From NCBI GenBank assembly GCA_964304625.1, contig OZ199839.1, positions 5,772,311 through 5,836,310 on the forward strand: DNA of 64,000 bases, given 5' to 3'. The notes beneath the pieces are model-generated. The model searched no databases and had not been told where the DNA came from. It saw only the letters and a list, made by a program, of their open reading frames with translations. The position numbers and the translations under genes were made by a program. This document shows, piece by piece, positions 14,073 through 27,593 of this stretch (within the stretch, counting starts at the first letter, position 1; every line of letters begins with the position of its first letter). The stretch is from Kudoa neothunni (lineage: Eukaryota > Animalia > Cnidaria).

Positions 14073-17000
14073 TGAGCAAAAGTTAGGAAACTCTTTCTAA
14101 ATCAAATTTTGGCATTGTGTGTCAATATAGACAGAACTTAAAATGGCTGACTCAATATTTGAACAGTTTTTTTCGGAAAAAAAATATATAATGGTATTTC
14201 AAAAAGAAAAAAATACACAAGTTAATTTCCGATTCAAATTAATTTATTATTGATTATATTATCGATGGAAAACTGTTATTTTTGTCTAAACACATGTGCT
14301 ATTCGAAAAATGCCCAGCATAAAAATGAATGCAACCGCAACCCAGTGGTTTTCATCTTCCCAATTTCTGTGTTACATCCGTAAACTAGTGTATATTTGTA
14401 AACAGCTTTTAAGCAAGATTTGCTGAGATTAAAAATTTCTAATGCGCTGGCGTACATGCCATTTAGGACTAAATTTTACCTTGCCAATTTTAAATATATA
14501 TTAATTCAAATTCTGAATTAATACATATATAAATGAGAATTTATAAAGTCATTTAAACTGTAAAAGTCGGTCAAATCAAAAGTATCATATTCTAGTAGTT
14601 TGCAAGTGAAATGTAGTCAACTCATGCTTAACTTGTGAAAGAACGATTTATTGGACGATGTCTCGTAACATTGGATGTAATTGGATGCCTTTTTAAGAAT
14701 ATTTTGCATTTTTATAGAAATAATTTTAACGTAATTTTAGCAACCATATTTATTCCGGTGTTCTGATTTAAAAAAATTAAAAATTATTTCGATATTAAGA
14801 AAAATTTGTATGTTAGTCATTGCATGGTGGGCCGTAGGTGTCGACCCCCGCTGTAATTGAATAATTCGAAAATAAATTGCGAAAAAAATTAAGATACTCT
14901 AAATCAGGGGTTATCAACCGGGGCTAAATTTTTAATGACAAGGGGTGAATTAAGTAACATCCAAATTGGATAGGGGAAATTTTTGCATAATGAGGTTTTT
15001 GACATAGTTAAAATATTTCTAGGGAAGTATACTATTCAGAGCTATTAAAATCACTAAGAAGTGGGCAGGACTGCTTAAAATAATTTTCTGGAAGAAGGAT
15101 TTAACAAAAATTTCTAAAACTATAAACAGTATCTTTCTTTTATGCCTCGTTTATCTACAATGATGTAGTCTTATGTTAATAATAACACTTAAAGTGGTTA
15201 TTCGCATGGCAAATCATATTAGGGTATCACCGATTTCATTTAACAAAACCTAGAACATTAATTCTGCGGACAGCTTATGTGTAAGAGTTGATTGGACTAA
15301 AAATAGCCATCGCACAAGAGTATATGCCTTTCAGGAGGAGAATTTACCCTGTAAGTAGCCACTGGCATAGCTGAATCAGTATAAAACCTTAAAGTAAATA
15401 TGAATTTTCCTCAATATCTAAAATAACTAAAATACCTAAATACTTTTTAAGTTGTTCTAAGTGTTTATATGCTGTCGATGTAAACATTTTAGCCGGCTAA
15501 GATTAGTTTTCATTAAATCAGAAAAGTGGAATAAACATGACTGTTAAAATGATCTCTTTAAAAGTTATATTGATCGGCAATAAAAACTCAAATTTATCGT
15601 TGTAAATTTACCTCTATATATGGCACTTTATATGCTAAGGTAGTTTTATTATATTTGACCTCCAAATAGATAATTATATTATAACATTAACAACTCTATA
15701 TAATAAGTAAATAAATAGATAAATTCAAATGTTATCTGTGATATTAAAATCTTTCCAACGTTTTAGACCCTTCTAAGGTTTTCTAGAAGGATCCTGGATA
15801 GCGGTAAGCGTAACATGACTCGTGGCGTGGGCCGGAACTTGCCTCATTATGTTCCATTCGACCATCCGATCATCGGGAGCGATTACAAGTTTACTATAGA
15901 ATTCATCTATTAGTGATAGATTTGGGATTTAGTTCCTCACTGAGATATTTTAAAAGCCAGACTAATATTAATTCTCCTATAAATATAAAGTCGCCATATT
16001 TTTCTGTACTCAAGTACACTAACTGTTTAAGTTGGACATACAATTAGAAACATGAATAATTATTAAAGATGGCTAACAATATTTAGAAAATTTGAATGAA
16101 TAGAGCATATGAATTAACAGAACCATGTGGCATCACACAAGGTATGAAGACTAAAAAATCAATAAAATTGTAGAAGGAAACTTCCTTATTTATATATTTT
16201 GAAATGGCGCTGATTATAAACAGATTAGTCCTATTTTAAATAATAAAATTACTCCGCTACAAACTACCTGATTCAATGATCAATACAAAAATCTATTGAA
16301 AAATGAGTCATTTAATTAAATAATTCGTTTGTGAAAAATCAAGTTTAAAATATATTTTGTCTCTTTCTACCATGCTTACAAAAAGAATTGCTAAACCAAA
16401 CATGTAATTCCTCCACAAGATGTTTATGTTAACCACAGCGGATACTGAAAAGCGAACACTTGATAACCGGCGCTTTGTTTTTAATAAAGATTTGGTTGAA
16501 ATGTATTTGTTTGTACATGGTGGCCCAACGCTGCTTGCCTTAATTACCACCATATCTGATCTGTGTAATAGTCAAAAAATCAAATTTATATTTTTTATTA
16601 AAATTTACATTAATATTAAATTCCTTTAAAACAATCTCGCCCCTCAAAAATATAATTGTCCACCCTTGTACAAGAAGAAAATATAATTTTAGTATCATTG
16701 AAGAAATTTCAAATGAATACGGCATTGACAACGTGGCCAATCAGAATCAAATTTCGCGAAACGAGATTTAGATTAAAATAAAAGATGTTCCATTTGCTCA
16801 AGAGAGCATAATAACAAACGTTCAACTAGCCATAAAAATTGTATGAACTCTATGTTTAACCTTCATATATCAATAATTTGTTCGAATGTCATCCAAAATT
16901 ATAATTAAATAATTATATTTTACAAATTTTCATCATTTTTATTGTTTTTATCGTTGTTGATGGAGTAATTTATTCTTAAAACTACTATTTCTATCCTGGG

Positions 17001-17454
17001 GCCAAAAACGACCCCAAACTCATTTAAAGATGAAAATTGTCTACTCAGTACGAGTGTTAATCATAACATAAGAAATCGATACAGATCATATCGTACGACG
17101 TTAGTGAATTTTCATTGATAGCGAGAATTGACAACATTGGTGATAGCTGGCTACGCTCTAACACGTCTGCTGGGAGATCGTGCTGCTTTGTTGTTAACAC
17201 AATTATTTCATCTATTCAACAGATTATTTCGACAATTTTATTCGTTCTTTTATTTTCATTACAAATTACGTTTAAATTTAAAATTATTGATATACATAAT
17301 TTTGAGAGAATAAAGCTTATGAAAATGAGAATTATATAACAATCAGTTAAAACTCGTAACAAATTAAAACAGGAGACATTGAGCGAAAAGCGTAAAAAAC
17401 AACTTCCATCAAAATGTGCATATAATCTCAAATAAAAAAAGAAACAACGACGAA

Positions 17455-18467
17455 TTACACCAACCGTTTGTAGGCAGATATCAGACGTCTTTGTCGAGAT
17501 ATTTTATTTTTCAGCAAAAACACTCCATAAAGCAGAGCTTCGGCAGAAGGTGGACATCCAGGTACGTACACATCCACAGGAATAATTCTGTCACATCCAC
17601 GAACAACCGCATACGAGTAGTAATAATAACCCCCACCATTAGCACAACTATGACAATCAATCAGTTGGTCATCAGTGTGACAATTCTAACAACTAAATAC
17701 CTTCCCATAGATACGACATATCTCGGTCTGATCATAGAATCGTACGCGATTCGCATACAAGGAGCCATTTTATTGGTAACTGTTCCAGCCACAATCATAA
17801 GATCACAGTGCACCTACAGTTGGAACAAACAACATTCTATCGCGCTGGATTTAACAAAGTAACAGATTACTGGCGAAGCTCTAAAAACCACCCCATATCT
17901 ATCCATATCATATCTACACAGAAAATATGAACAGTTCCAATATTCGAATCGATCAAATAGATCATATAAAAAGACGTTGAGAGGGAATTTTACCTTGGGC
18001 CAGCAAATTGCATCATTTCCATAGCACAACAGGCCAATCCAAATGATAACACAAATAACGAAGACTAAACAAAAGCATACCTCAAAACAAGTTGGATATC
18101 AAATACTTGTTGTAGAAAGTTGACAACATCGTTGAGACGATGAACCACAAATTCTACAATAGAACGTGAACACGACGCATCCCCTCTAATTACCTCCAGT
18201 ATTATTGGATTTTTTATAGAGCCCCAAAACACTATTAATGGAGAATATATTCAAGTAATCCAAAATGTTGGATTACTCGGGAAATATTCTTTCATCGATA
18301 TCAGGAATAGGATGAGCTGGAATATTATCAGCTGGAAGATTGGGTTTTGAAGAGGCCCACCTCATCCTACACTCATTCAAACCTCGTCCATATGTGCAAA
18401 TAGAGAAGATTAGAGGAGTGCATAGAGAGGCGCCTTTATATGAACGCAACAGAGACAAAGGTAACAT
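17455..18467 (-). CDS. NDUFS7: Mitochondrial complex I PSST subunit, multi-exon
   Basis: Targeting-peptide-like exon 1, then [14 protein letters not shown] / [23 protein letters not shown] / [15 protein letters not shown] / [24 protein letters not shown] / [42 protein letters not shown]. All N2 cysteines are present and introns are GT-AG. Confidence 0.97.
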
Positions 18468-18642
18468 TTAAAATATTTAAACTTCGTAAATCTTCGTGTG
18501 TAATTGAAATTTTGAAATATTTTAAAATATACCTAATATTATATGGAATTTAGAAACTCATGTATTATTTAAGTTATCGGTTTTCACTGTAACGAGTATA
18601 GATGATTGTGGGGAATAATTAACAAATATTGTTGGCCTCAAA
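18468..18642. promoter_or_regulatory. Putative bidirectional promoter between NDUFS7 and MRPL14
   Basis: Divergent start codons are only 175 bp apart. Confidence 0.6.
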
Positions 18643-19095
18643 ATGTCACGTGGTAGACCTCTGCTGAGGATTGTGAACATGTTTGGCAATCTTTTCGCAA
18701 CTCAACAGCGTATAAATACTGCTGTGATCATGCAGCAACGTCGATGGATAAATTTGTTAACTAGATTTCGTATTGTTGACAACAGTGAAATTGGAAAATT
18801 GGGGCCTGGTGATAAATTACCAATGATGATAGGAAGAAATCCTAATCTCGCTCGCTACAATATTGGTGATGTGATATCGGTTTCATTCAAACACAAAGTG
18901 ATGAAAGCTATGATTGTTGCTTTGAAACAACATAACAGATTGACCACTCCGAAATATAGCGATAATTGTGTGATTTTATTGGATGAAAATAAGATTCCAC
19001 TTGGATCACGCACTCTTATCCCTTTACCGGCAGTTCTGAAAAGACGGCTACGACCTCACCATAAAATATTTACGATGTGCAAGAAATTTTTGTGA
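18643..19095 (+). CDS. MRPL14: Mitochondrial ribosomal protein uL14m, single exon
   Basis: TRFRIVDNS, IGDVISVS, KAMIVA, PKYSDNCVILLDENKIPLGSR..P.P..L, with a basic N-terminal presequence. Confidence 0.93.
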   Translation: MSRGRPLLRIVNMFGNLFATQQRINTAVIMQQRRWINLLTRFRIVDNSEIGKLGPGDKLPMMIGRNPNLARYNIGDVISVSFKHKVMKAMIVALKQHNRLTTPKYSDNCVILLDENKIPLGSRTLIPLPAVLKRRLRPHHKIFTMCKKFL

Positions 19096-20693
19096 TTTTT
19101 ATGGGTGTTTATTTTGTTGGCGTGCTTCCCTATCATCATCATCATCATCAGCATCATCATCTATATATCGATTGACTTACTCATTGATTTCGCTATCCTA
19201 ATATATCTTATTTGGTGTTACTTTGGTTTCAGTTGTTGGATTGGATTAGTAGTTAATGTTTTTTTTGGAGTGATTCAATAATTGGATGTTGTCTTTAACA
19301 TTACTCCTCAATGAAGAATTAGTTATATTTTTCATTCTCAGATTAGATAAAATCTATTCAATTTATATCAATGTACAAACTCTCTCTAAGACGATTTTGA
19401 ACTAGAAAAATTGAATGATTTCTAATTTAAATATGATCACGTGCTAGTGAGTTTTCCCCATAAAAAATTAATTCATGACTAGCTTATATATTTATTCTAA
19501 TTATTATATATGAGAATAAATTGTAAATTTTTAAACGTTTTTTAGCTTCTCCAATTTTAAAATCTAATAATAACGATCTGTAACAAAATCGTAAAAAAAT
19601 GAATGAGAACGTTATGAGTTAGAATTTTCGTAGCCGTATACTATACTATTACCAATGATTCAAATGTCACAAATGAAATACACGATTTCTTGAATTTTTA
19701 TTGCCATATAATGCTTATCTGTTTTAAAAAATGTTATTTCGAGTTTGAGCGCGCTTCGCACAGAAAAATCGATTAAACCATTTATTGACTCGTTTTTAAA
19801 CATAAATTCATTTGTATAAGGATAAGAAGTTTGTACATTCTATATTTTTCTTTATTTTAGAATGGTTGATTTTCGATCCATAATAGGATGTAAACTACAT
19901 AGATCATCTGGATCTTCTCTCATAAAGGGTTGTTTATGATGTATTAAAATATAATAAATTTTAGATATTGACATTTTGACTAATAATTGTTGCTTTTGGC
20001 ACTCATCATCAGAGTTACTAGTGCATGATTTGCTATTAAACTCTCCCTCTTCATCTTCGTTTTTGTTAGTTAGAAATGTTGCAGCTGAAAATTTTTCGCT
20101 CTGTCAATAGGATTCTACCGAGAGTTGAATATTTTTTATATATACACAATATATTTATCTCCAAAGCGTATAATTATTCTACTGCTACGACCAAATTTCG
20201 AGGCGGCCCATTTTTGAACCCTTCATTGATTAAAATAAATTATAACCATTTACAATTTTAAATTTTTCCTCTGCATTCCTCTTTATTCTTGACATGGTCA
20301 AATTTACTACGCAATGTCGAATCAAAATTTATTAATAGTTAGAAAATTCAAGAGATTAAGCAATTCCGCGATATAGAGGCACGAATGTATTTAAAGAAAT
20401 TCTGTTGATATCACTTATTTTCCGTAATAATATTTTTAAGAGAAAGTATTCTTCTGACATATTTTCTAAGATTGTACGAAACCATTGAATCATTGATTTA
20501 TACAAATAATTGCTTATTTAATTTTAATCAAATGAAATCCAGAAAATACTGCTATTAAAATATTTTTTTTGTCCAATTGTTTTAACATCGACCTATTGAA
20601 ATAGTAAAAAGACTAAGATAAGAATATTTTATTTAAAAATATTGTTGAATAAATTTATTTCTTTTCCCCTAATAATTCGGTGGCATTCTTTAA

Positions 20694-21825
20694 CCCTCTA
20701 ATCATCCCCAAAACGATGAACGTGTAACGTGTAATGGATTTTGGGGTAAATTTTAGCCCACATTTTTTTTGAATTATAACACTTTAAAGAATCTAATAAT
20801 CAATATTGTGATATAATTTTTAATTCCTATGGATGAAACATTGACAAATGCATATTAAATTTTGACGTAATCCCCACGATAATCGGCTTCGTTTACGATC
20901 CGTCTTATGTCGGTACACATCGATGTTTCATTAATAAAATATTTGCGTTAATTCAGCGGAATTAAATGTGTTGTGCCAGTTGAAATATTAAAAATAAACT
21001 CTAAAAATTTTCGCATCATTCGAACAATTTTTTTATCATTTTTCCTCTCACTGTATCCACATGTTGCTCGCTTTACATTATGGTATGAAGACATTAAGAA
21101 GAGGTTCCTGGTGGGGTGCATAAACCGTAAACAATGATTAGACATTTTTTCGCTTTGTTTGTGGAATTTGTTGCCAACAATGTTTTGTATAATTGTTCAA
21201 CAATTTCTTTAAGAATATCACGCATTTTGATTTATTAGGAACATAAGATACCAACATATACTTTTCACAGAATACAAAAATGCTGCCACAACGGGATTTA
21301 TTTGGTGATGATTGGAGGCACGGTGGTATCTCTAATTTTTGACATGTCTCTATGCTCAATTTTTCCAACAATTTTCAGAAAGAAACATCGCGAAGAAGAC
21401 ACTTTCGTCAACAACATGATGTTCATTCTCGCATAAACAAAATTCATCAATGAAATCATTACAATCACACATCTTCATATAATTCGCGCATGCGATTTAA
21501 TTAATTTATCTAACATTTTCTTACTTTCTACAAAAACTAACCATAGGAATTTTATTATATGTAAGGTCAAAGTTGTTTACATTTTTTGAAATATTTTTAA
21601 TCAAAAAAAACATGGGGTAAATTTTACTCTAAAAACAATTACAAGATAAAATAAAAATTAAAACTTATACAATAATTTCTCGAAGAAAATGTTGTCGTCA
21701 AACAAAAGATAAAAGAATATTAAAAGAATACCTGGAATCTATTAGGTATCACTTTACTGTATAAAAAGATATACCATTAACAATGTCGTTTTGGGGTAAA
21801 ATTTATCCCCACATGCTTCAACGGT
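20694..21825 (-). mobile_element. Degenerate piggyBac-like element with transposase remnants
   Basis: TTAA|CCCTCTAAT end, and subterminal palindromic TGGGGTAAA-TTTA-CCCA motifs at about 20742, 21613 and 21791. Peptides EIPP..GSIFVF...LVSYVPNKSKCVIFL and a decayed C-terminal KRATCGYSERKNDKK. Confidence 0.75.
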
Positions 21826-21904
21826 ATATTCTTATACAAAGAATTCTAGACGTATTCTTTCGAGTGGTCGATTTTAATGTGATCGTAGACAAACTCGTCT
21901 ATAT

Positions 21905-22684
21905 CAGAGGTCACCAAAGTATGGCCCTCCAACACATTCAATCTGGCCCGCGGTGTCCCCCCAGCATTCGAATGTGTTTGCGCGCGAAAAATTGTGTTGA
22001 CTTACTTGAATGTTTTTATTTTATCTTAATTGAAACAAAAGTGATCATCCGCACACTAATATAGCATGATTATGAGTGTAAAACGTACGAATCGATAAGA
22101 TTTGATTTATATACTTCCGATAATTTAGAATTCTTAATTATTTAAACTTATGAATGAAATTCATTAACTCTAAGTTTTAACCTGGTTGAGTTTAATAGAT
22201 TTGATACCAGAAATTTAAAATAAGGAAGCAATAACCATCATCTTTCCTCGGATATTTACTAGCATCATATACATTATTTTACAGAATTATGTAATCATCT
22301 GTAATTGATGATGAATAAAGAAATAATAACAAATTTGAAACTCGACAAATGAACATCGTATTAACATCAACACAACTTGAGTATGATTAATTTAATAAAC
22401 CTTGAATTGTATGCCTGAAAAACTTGCGATTCTTCATTACTACCACAAATTACACCAATTTCGTGATTATTTTGAATTATAAAATAGACATGGATGGTTC
22501 GTAATCCCATTGGGGACCTCAAAACTGAAATATATCAAATCCTGTCAGGGGAATCAGTGTTCTGTTTCACATTCAAATACACATTCATTATTTGTTTATA
22601 TTAATATTATTTTCGTTTCATTTTTATGACTGCTTTTCGACAAAAATTTTTCATCCGACCAACTAAAAACTTTGGTGACCCTTG
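21905..22684. mobile_element. hAT (Buster-like) MITE, family copy 1
   Basis: TIRs CAGAGGTCACCAAAGT / ACTTTGGTGACCCTTG. Degenerate 8-bp TSD GTCTATAT/ATCTATTT. Colinear along its length with 53831-54722. Confidence 0.85.
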
Positions 22685-23482
22685 ATCTATTTCATTATTG
22701 GCCACCAACTACTAATCATTTAATATGATTGACCCTTATCGAATTTCTCTCTTAATGATGGGTAAAATCGTCGCCGAATTCCGCTTCTCTACATTGAAGT
22801 ACCTCATTTTTTCAAGATTCCTCACTCCATACGTACAAGTTTACATTAAGCAATTCCAAATATCATGGGATTATCAACTCCTCTATCATGCTTATCTCTT
22901 CTTAGCGACGTATCTATTTTCAATATTTGATAAAGTAGTGGCTCCATAAAATACTGACTAATGATTTATGATTTATCAAAAAATTCAACTTCATAAGGAA
23001 AATAATAGCTAAACTTCAATTTCCAGCATCTAATAAATACAAAAAATATTTATTTGGGGACGTTTTCCATACATCTCCTCTTAGGCAACATGCCGGATTT
23101 TTATTTCTTTCCCATAGAGAAAGCATTCATCAATTTCTTTGATTAAATCTCCCCCTCCAAGTTTATTTCTATTTCTATTTTATCGAAGGATTACTCGTTG
23201 ATTTTGCGACTTTTTTAAAATCATATTAAAACTGTCAACGTACTTAACTTATTTTTTTATTTCAATTAAAATAATCGCATCATTGCGTTAACGATGTAAT
23301 TTTTAAAATATTTTGTAATCTTAACTTAATAACTCCGAAATATTACGATCAAATATTTCTTGTAACTATTCTATTTAAAAGTTTTAGAGCATTTTACAGA
23401 ATTTTACAAAATTTAAATATTATTGCATAAAAACGAGCAAAAAACACCGACTATAAACAGATCAGTACAATAAAATGCATCT

Positions 23483-23725
23483 CTAGCTAGGAATATCGTT
23501 ATCTAGTCTTTTTATTAGTTCTGCATCAAATTCTGCGATAGTGGCTTCTAATTCTTGTGGATAACGATTTTTCATAAATGTCATATTCGACCACACCATG
23601 GAAAGCGTGAGAAGTCGCTCATTTGACAGATTTTTGTCTTTTGATTTCATGATTTCGATAAATTTCATTCGACGTTGGTAAACTTTTTGTGTTTCTCCCA
23701 GAGAAATGGGGAAATTTTCTTCCAT
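23483..23725 (-). CDS. Stand-alone XRN2-binding domain (XTBD) protein, CDKN2AIPNL/PAXT-1-like
   Basis: ET.K.Y.RRMKFI...ERLLTLSMVWSNMTFMKNRYPQEL matches the XTBD pattern ES...W..R..FI...LL.LSM.W.N..F....Y. Single exon, 80 aa. Confidence 0.8.
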   Translation of the reverse strand: MEENFPISLGETQKVYQRRMKFIEIMKSKDKNLSNERLLTLSMVWSNMTFMKNRYPQELEATIAEFDAELIKRLDNDIPS

Positions 23726-23750
23726 AACTTTTCAAAGCTAACTTCGACTG

Positions 23751-23762
23751 TGCGCATGCGCC
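23751..23762. promoter_or_regulatory. NRF1/EWG-type palindrome in the XTBD/FIG4 divergent promoter
   Basis: TGCGCATGCGCC lies within the roughly 200-bp gap between divergent ATGs. Confidence 0.5.
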
Positions 23763-23924
23763 CAAAAATATATTACTCGCTACGTATAAACCATGATAAT
23801 ATTGATTTAATTTATTTTGTATTTCTTATTTGAATACTCAGCCGCATATATTTGTTAAAAAATATTATTAATTTTATAATGCGGCAGTTCGTTAGAATTC
23901 GTGTGATATAAACAGCTGTAAACA

Positions 23925-26900
23925 ATGTATATCAATTCGATCAAAGTTTATGTGTGTGAAAAGGTAGCTAAAAAATTCACGTTAATCTAAATATTTTTTG
24001 AAATATGTTTTTATTTAATATGCGTGATAGAAATTGTTTCTGATTGGCCTATCGAAAGATAAATTGAATTTTCGTTTGCTAATCATCCATTACAATGATC
24101 AACGTCCGGATAAGGGGTTACAATTTGAGGAGATTGAAGTGAGAAAATTTTTTCCGTTTCCGCATGAAAAAACTTCGTTTATGTAGGAATGGCAAGAAAC
24201 AACTACAATGATGGACTCATTGCAAAAATTCAAACAAGATCCTTCCAGTTCTATCAGTTATAGGCTGAAAATAAAGGCCCTAATAGGTAGAATAGGGTTA
24301 TATAAGTGAAAATTATTTCCAAGCTTTTTTCTAGGATTTATTAAATTTTTCAACATTACTACATTATTTATGTGGTTTCAAAAAAGATGTACAGATTTTC
24401 TGCTTATTTATCGATCGACAATCTAAATTTATTTGATTGCATAATAGTGTGGCCAATATTGGTTTCCATGAAATTTTCACAGTAGTCCAAACAAAAACTA
24501 CCCTGATTGGGTCGTTGTTTTCCAACTCATTTGACTTAAGCGCTGAGGAGAAAATGTATTTTTTAATTCGCCCTAATTTATTGTTATTTTAATTTGAACC
24601 TAGTTATTGGAGGTTGTATAACAATTTTGATATGAACCACAATTTTTATTACAGGTAATTAAAATTAAATCAGAATAGATGTATTAATTGGGTTGTGATT
24701 GATTTTAGCCCCACCTATGACCTTAGACATACAGTACAATTTAACAGTGGCCCAAAGGGGAACTATTTTAATGAATGCTCGTCCCCTCTTTCCACGTGTC
24801 CACATGACAGCAATCATTACTGCAAAAAATTCGTTTGGAACTATTATCATACAAAACCACTTCGAAACGCTCACATCTCCAAGTACTGGATTATGGACCT
24901 GATTCATGGGTTTGTTGCCCAGAATAGTAATTATCTAGTGATCACTGTAGTTGATAATGAGCGCTTAGGAGTGGATATAAATGGCAGACGTTTATTTATC
25001 ACTCTCATTGCTAGACGTTCTAGAAAATACGCTGGCACAAGATATTTGAAACGAGGTTCCAATGATAAGGTAATATATGAGTTTGTGAAGATTCTCTAAA
25101 ATTTGTATGGACCTAGGGATACGCTGCGAATGAAGTGGAAACCGAACAGATTTTCCACGAAACATGCTCATTGTTTCGGCTGAAATTATCCTCCTATACT
25201 CAAATGAGGGGATCTGTTCCATTTAACTGGTCACAGGTAATTCATCTAATTGATTCATATATATATATATATATATATAATAATGTATATTTACGTGTTG
25301 TGATGATATTCTATTTCACATAGACTACCAATCAAAGTTCCATCACTCCTAAACCTCCCATTGTTGGTAATATGAACATTTTGTTGTTTTTGCGCCCTAA
25401 ATTATAAAAATTATTTAATCCATTAGTGAGCATTTACGATCCCTATTATGTGAGCGGGGGAAAACATTTCCAACAACTTCTCACACAATATGGCTCACCG
25501 ATTATTTGTTTGAATTTGGTTAAAGTATTATTAGTTTTTATAATAATTTGTCATTGTCATTGTGTTTGGATTTTTGATATTTGGCGTGGTTGAAGGCAGT
25601 GGAAAAATTCATTCGCGAAGGTATCCTAACTCGAGGCTTGGAGGGAATGACCAAATATTTGAATCAATTTATCATTCCTCAACACCAACTACAATATATA
25701 CCTTTCGATATGGCAAGAATTAAGAAGAGGTATGTTAAAAACAAAGCGAAAAGTTTATTCTAATATTCTTTATTGGTAGAATAAATAAGTTTGCATTGAT
25801 TAATCTGATCAAATTAGCGAAAAAAGTGTTTATAAAACTGTTAGTGTGAGTTTTATTTTGGTGATTGATGAAGTTGGTGAAACGAACAGGATTTTTCCTC
25901 AATGCAAACAATCCATTCTTTCCTACCCAACCAATAAACAAGTAGTTTTTTGAGTCTCATTTATATTTATTGTTGTTCAGGGCATTCAAAAAGATAACAA
26001 CTACTCAGGTAGTCGACATTGATATAGATGTTGAATTCAAATAATTATGTGTTCGATAGCATGGGGTGATTCGTCTGAATTGTGTGGATTGTTTGGATCG
26101 CACAAATGTGGCCCAATTTTTAGTCGGCTACAATGCGCTCATATTCCAAATGGCTGCATTCGGATTAATAAACGACTTTACACTTAAAATTGACAGTCCT
26201 ATTGTTGCCATACTTGAGGAATTGTATGATGCCCATGGTGACACTCTTGCTATGCAGTATGGAGGTTCCATGACAGCACATCGAATCAACACCTACATCA
26301 AATCTGCACCTTGGTCTGATGTTTCAAGAGATTTGGTTCAAAATGTTTCTCGTTATTTGAACAATGCCTTCCAAGGTTAATTCACAAACAAAGTCACTTA
26401 TTTGATTAAATTTTTTTGATTAGATCACGAAAAACAACAAGCTATCAATCTTTTTCTTGGGGTGTATCGTCCTTATGAGATGGTCGCTAAAACTTCCATA
26501 CCACTTTGGGAAATGATTTCCGATTATGATATACATTTTTTAAAATTAAAAAATATTCAGCGCTATCATCCTCTTGATAAGTAGGAGTTTGCTGTAATGT
26601 TTTAGGTTGTTGAAGGCGTTTGTTTAGGTTAACATTGTGGTGTCCTATCGAGATGTACCAATTTCTACCGTATGCTAGAGTGAAACCGAGTAATTATCTT
26701 AATAGGTCATATCATAGTAGTTTTTTATCGAATATTGCGTTAGTTGACCAAAAAAATTATCGCAATGATAAAATGTTTGGAAAGTTCGAGAAAGAATATC
26801 TGATCAATCTCCATTACCAACCTGAAAAATATAAATCCTTTCCGTCCTTGTTCATCTTTGATATGCCTACAGTTAACCTGACGTATGTTGGTGTTAGTGA

Positions 26901-27471
26901 GTTGATTGAGGAATTTGTTTTTTTAGATATCGCATGGATTCAAATGTTTCCAGGCAATCTCTCTCACTCTCACAACCAACTACTTCTAACGTTTCTCAGA
27001 ATATCACAGAAACTTCAACCAACATCAATAACACAAAACAAGATAAACCTTCTCAGTCCATCCTTCACGTCACCTCATTCTCGAAAACACTACAAACTAA
27101 CCCTAAAGACCTAGAATTGTATCAACAGTATCATCTTCTATAATTGGTTTAGGCGTTGGGATTTCAACATTTGGAAATAGGTATTTAAATAAAGAACGTG
27201 CTAAAGAATTATTACTCTCATTCAGTCCTCAAGTACATCAGGACCAATTGTCTAAAAAGTATTGCTTCATTAGATTAAAAAACTAATTTTTAATCAAAGT
27301 CTATTTAGTGATGACAAACTTCTTGAGTACTATTCAACTGACATCAAAATAACATCGACTACTTATGAGGATGTTGAGATATATAAAAACGCCTTAAATG
27401 GATGGAAACAACCCGCTTGTCAAGACATTCTGAATTTTTACCATAATTATTTTTATTCGAATCAAAATTAA
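23925..27471 (+). CDS. FIG4: Polyphosphoinositide phosphatase FIG4 (SAC3), multi-exon
   Basis: SAC domain motifs: NFYYSPTYDLRHTVQFN, LIARRSRKYAGTRYLKRG, GYAANEVETEQI, SYTQMRGSVPFNWSQ, catalytic RLNCVDCLDRTN, HGDTLAMQYGGS, DHEKQQAINLFLG. One apparent 1-nt frameshift at 24346-24350. Confidence 0.95.
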
Positions 27472-27593
27472 TTTTTTTATTAATTTTATTAAAAAAGTTT
27501 TTTTTTAATTTAGACCTATCTCAAAAATAATAACTAATATGTTATTTTTCTGTGAATTCTTCTGGCTTTTTAGCCAACAAGTTTAAATTTAAA

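Noticed and set aside
15790-15895. tRNA, 5S rRNA or U3/U4 gene
   Set aside because: Only short word matches. There is no cloverleaf, proper B-box or correct box spacing.
16050-17340. Possible additional gene downstream of NDUFS7
   Set aside because: Some exon-like pieces exist on both strands, but I could not build a consistent frame or find a recognisable motif.
17416-17862. 148-aa plus-strand ORF, and similar ORFs at 48290-48619, 43289-43549, 42682-42909 and 9184-9465
   Set aside because: These are antisense shadows of exons of NDUFS7, MAEL, the G-alpha and the RasGEF.
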